64,000 bases of DNA, taken from assembly GCA_051294375.1 (NCBI GenBank), contig CM119264.1, forward strand, positions 7,089,814-7,153,813. Reading direction: 5' to 3'. Shown piece by piece: positions 62,923 to 64,000 of this stretch (the stretch's first letter is position 1; each line of letters begins with the position of its first letter). Both the position numbers and the translations under genes were made by a program. The notes below the pieces were generated by a model. That model was given only the letters and a program-made list of their open reading frames with translations. It ran no database searches and was not told the origin of the DNA. The stretch is from Paraspadella gotoi. Taxonomy: Eukaryota; Animalia; Chaetognatha.

Positions 62923-63540
62923 TCAACTTCGGATTGGTTGATATTCCCAGAAGTTCTTCTCGTATCCCTCGTGACAGTGACTTAGTAAGCACTGTCCGGC
63001 GGTTTCTCGCAATCTAGCGCGACTTGTCCTGAACCTTCTGCTTGATGTCAACGAGGATGTCCGATGTGATTCTCGCTCCAGATATTCTGAGAGTTGCTCT
63101 CGTCGCGTTTTCTTAGATCTTTTTGCATTGTTCCTAAAACGAGAAAGAAGAAATTCCATCATAATACAGTTTACCAAGACAGAAGATATTGCTTTTAAAC
63201 TTAATTACGACGATAAAAAGCAAAATTGTGATTAAAGCTAACAGTTTTTGTTCAATTAAAATATTCAAACGCGTCATTATAAACATCAATTACAACAAAG
63301 ACCACCTCAAATATGATCGAGTTGATTGTTCTTCTTCAAGTAAAAGGCAAAGAACGTAGTGGTACATCAGCGTGCTCCTGCACTGAGTCAGGACGTCCCA
63401 CGGCCTTCTTCAGAAAATGAACTTCGATCCAAGACATGTTGTGTTGCTGCATTTCCTCCATCTTTTTGGCCTCACGAGGCGTACAGCTCATGAGATCGGA
63501 TTATGAGATGTGTCGGAACTTTAAGCGACTGCATTTGGCT
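62923..63540 (-). CDS. ARIH1: 3' exons of the ariadne-1 RBR E3 ligase, with many frameshifting indels
   Basis: Minus-strand pieces [66 protein letters not shown] and [13 protein letters not shown] match the ARIH1 Ariadne domain. The reading frame shifts several times. Confidence 0.88.
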
Positions 63541-64000
63541 GTAAGTATCTGCGCGGACACGAAGAAAACAAAAATATGCGCCTCGATAGAAGGACCCCAT
63601 ATAGCTTTGGTGAAACTTAGCTCGTCCCATGGCTTGGTCAGCCTCAGATTACGTCGTTCAGCGCCCAAACCATTTGTTCAATCCTGTCATGGTCCGACTC
63701 GTTAGCCGGTACAAACATCTCTGCTCTCTAAGGCATGGCNNNNNNNNNNNNNNNNNNNNNNNNNACTGGACTGAATGGTGAGGACGGCTGGGTATTGGGT
63801 ATCGGGTCAAGTCAAAACCGGGACGCGGAAGGAAATAAAGAAATAAAAAAAAGCTGAGTAGGTTAAAAAACGAAGTAAAAGAGGACAGAGGAAGTCGAGT
63901 GTGCATTGCGTAGTGTGCAGAGTGCGTATGTAGTATGAGATCTTGAGAAATCGATCGAGAAATCGAGCCTGAGAGAATCGGGTTAAGCGAACGCCGGGCT

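Overview
Gene-dense window from a compact, intron-rich animal (metazoan, probably invertebrate) draft genome. Exons are GC-richer, introns are short and AT-rich, and there are six N-gaps. Gene models were spliced by eye. In order: the 3' part of an unidentified LRR-like gene (+); PHF21A/BHC80 (-); a NEDD4-family C2-WW-HECT ligase (-) carrying an antisense GH18 chitinase nested in one intron (+); intronless CWC27 and COPE (+); makorin (+); a Nox1-4-type NADPH oxidase (+) tail-to-tail with a mitochondrial alternative oxidase AOX (-); a claudin-like four-TM gene (-); a disordered acidic protein ending in a CaaX box (-); a TMEM38/TRIC channel (-); fragments of an unknown gene (+); and the indel-ridden 3' end of ARIH1/ariadne (-). 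The most notable non-genic item is a ~610 bp non-autonomous LTR element (TRIM) whose LTRs each contain a 72-nt tRNA-Gly-like sequence, a Cassandra/Helenus-type design. A possible related solo LTR sits in a Nox intron and a subTIR/microsatellite element sits in a makorin intron. A ~3.2 kb palindrome near the right end is probably a long-read foldback artefact.
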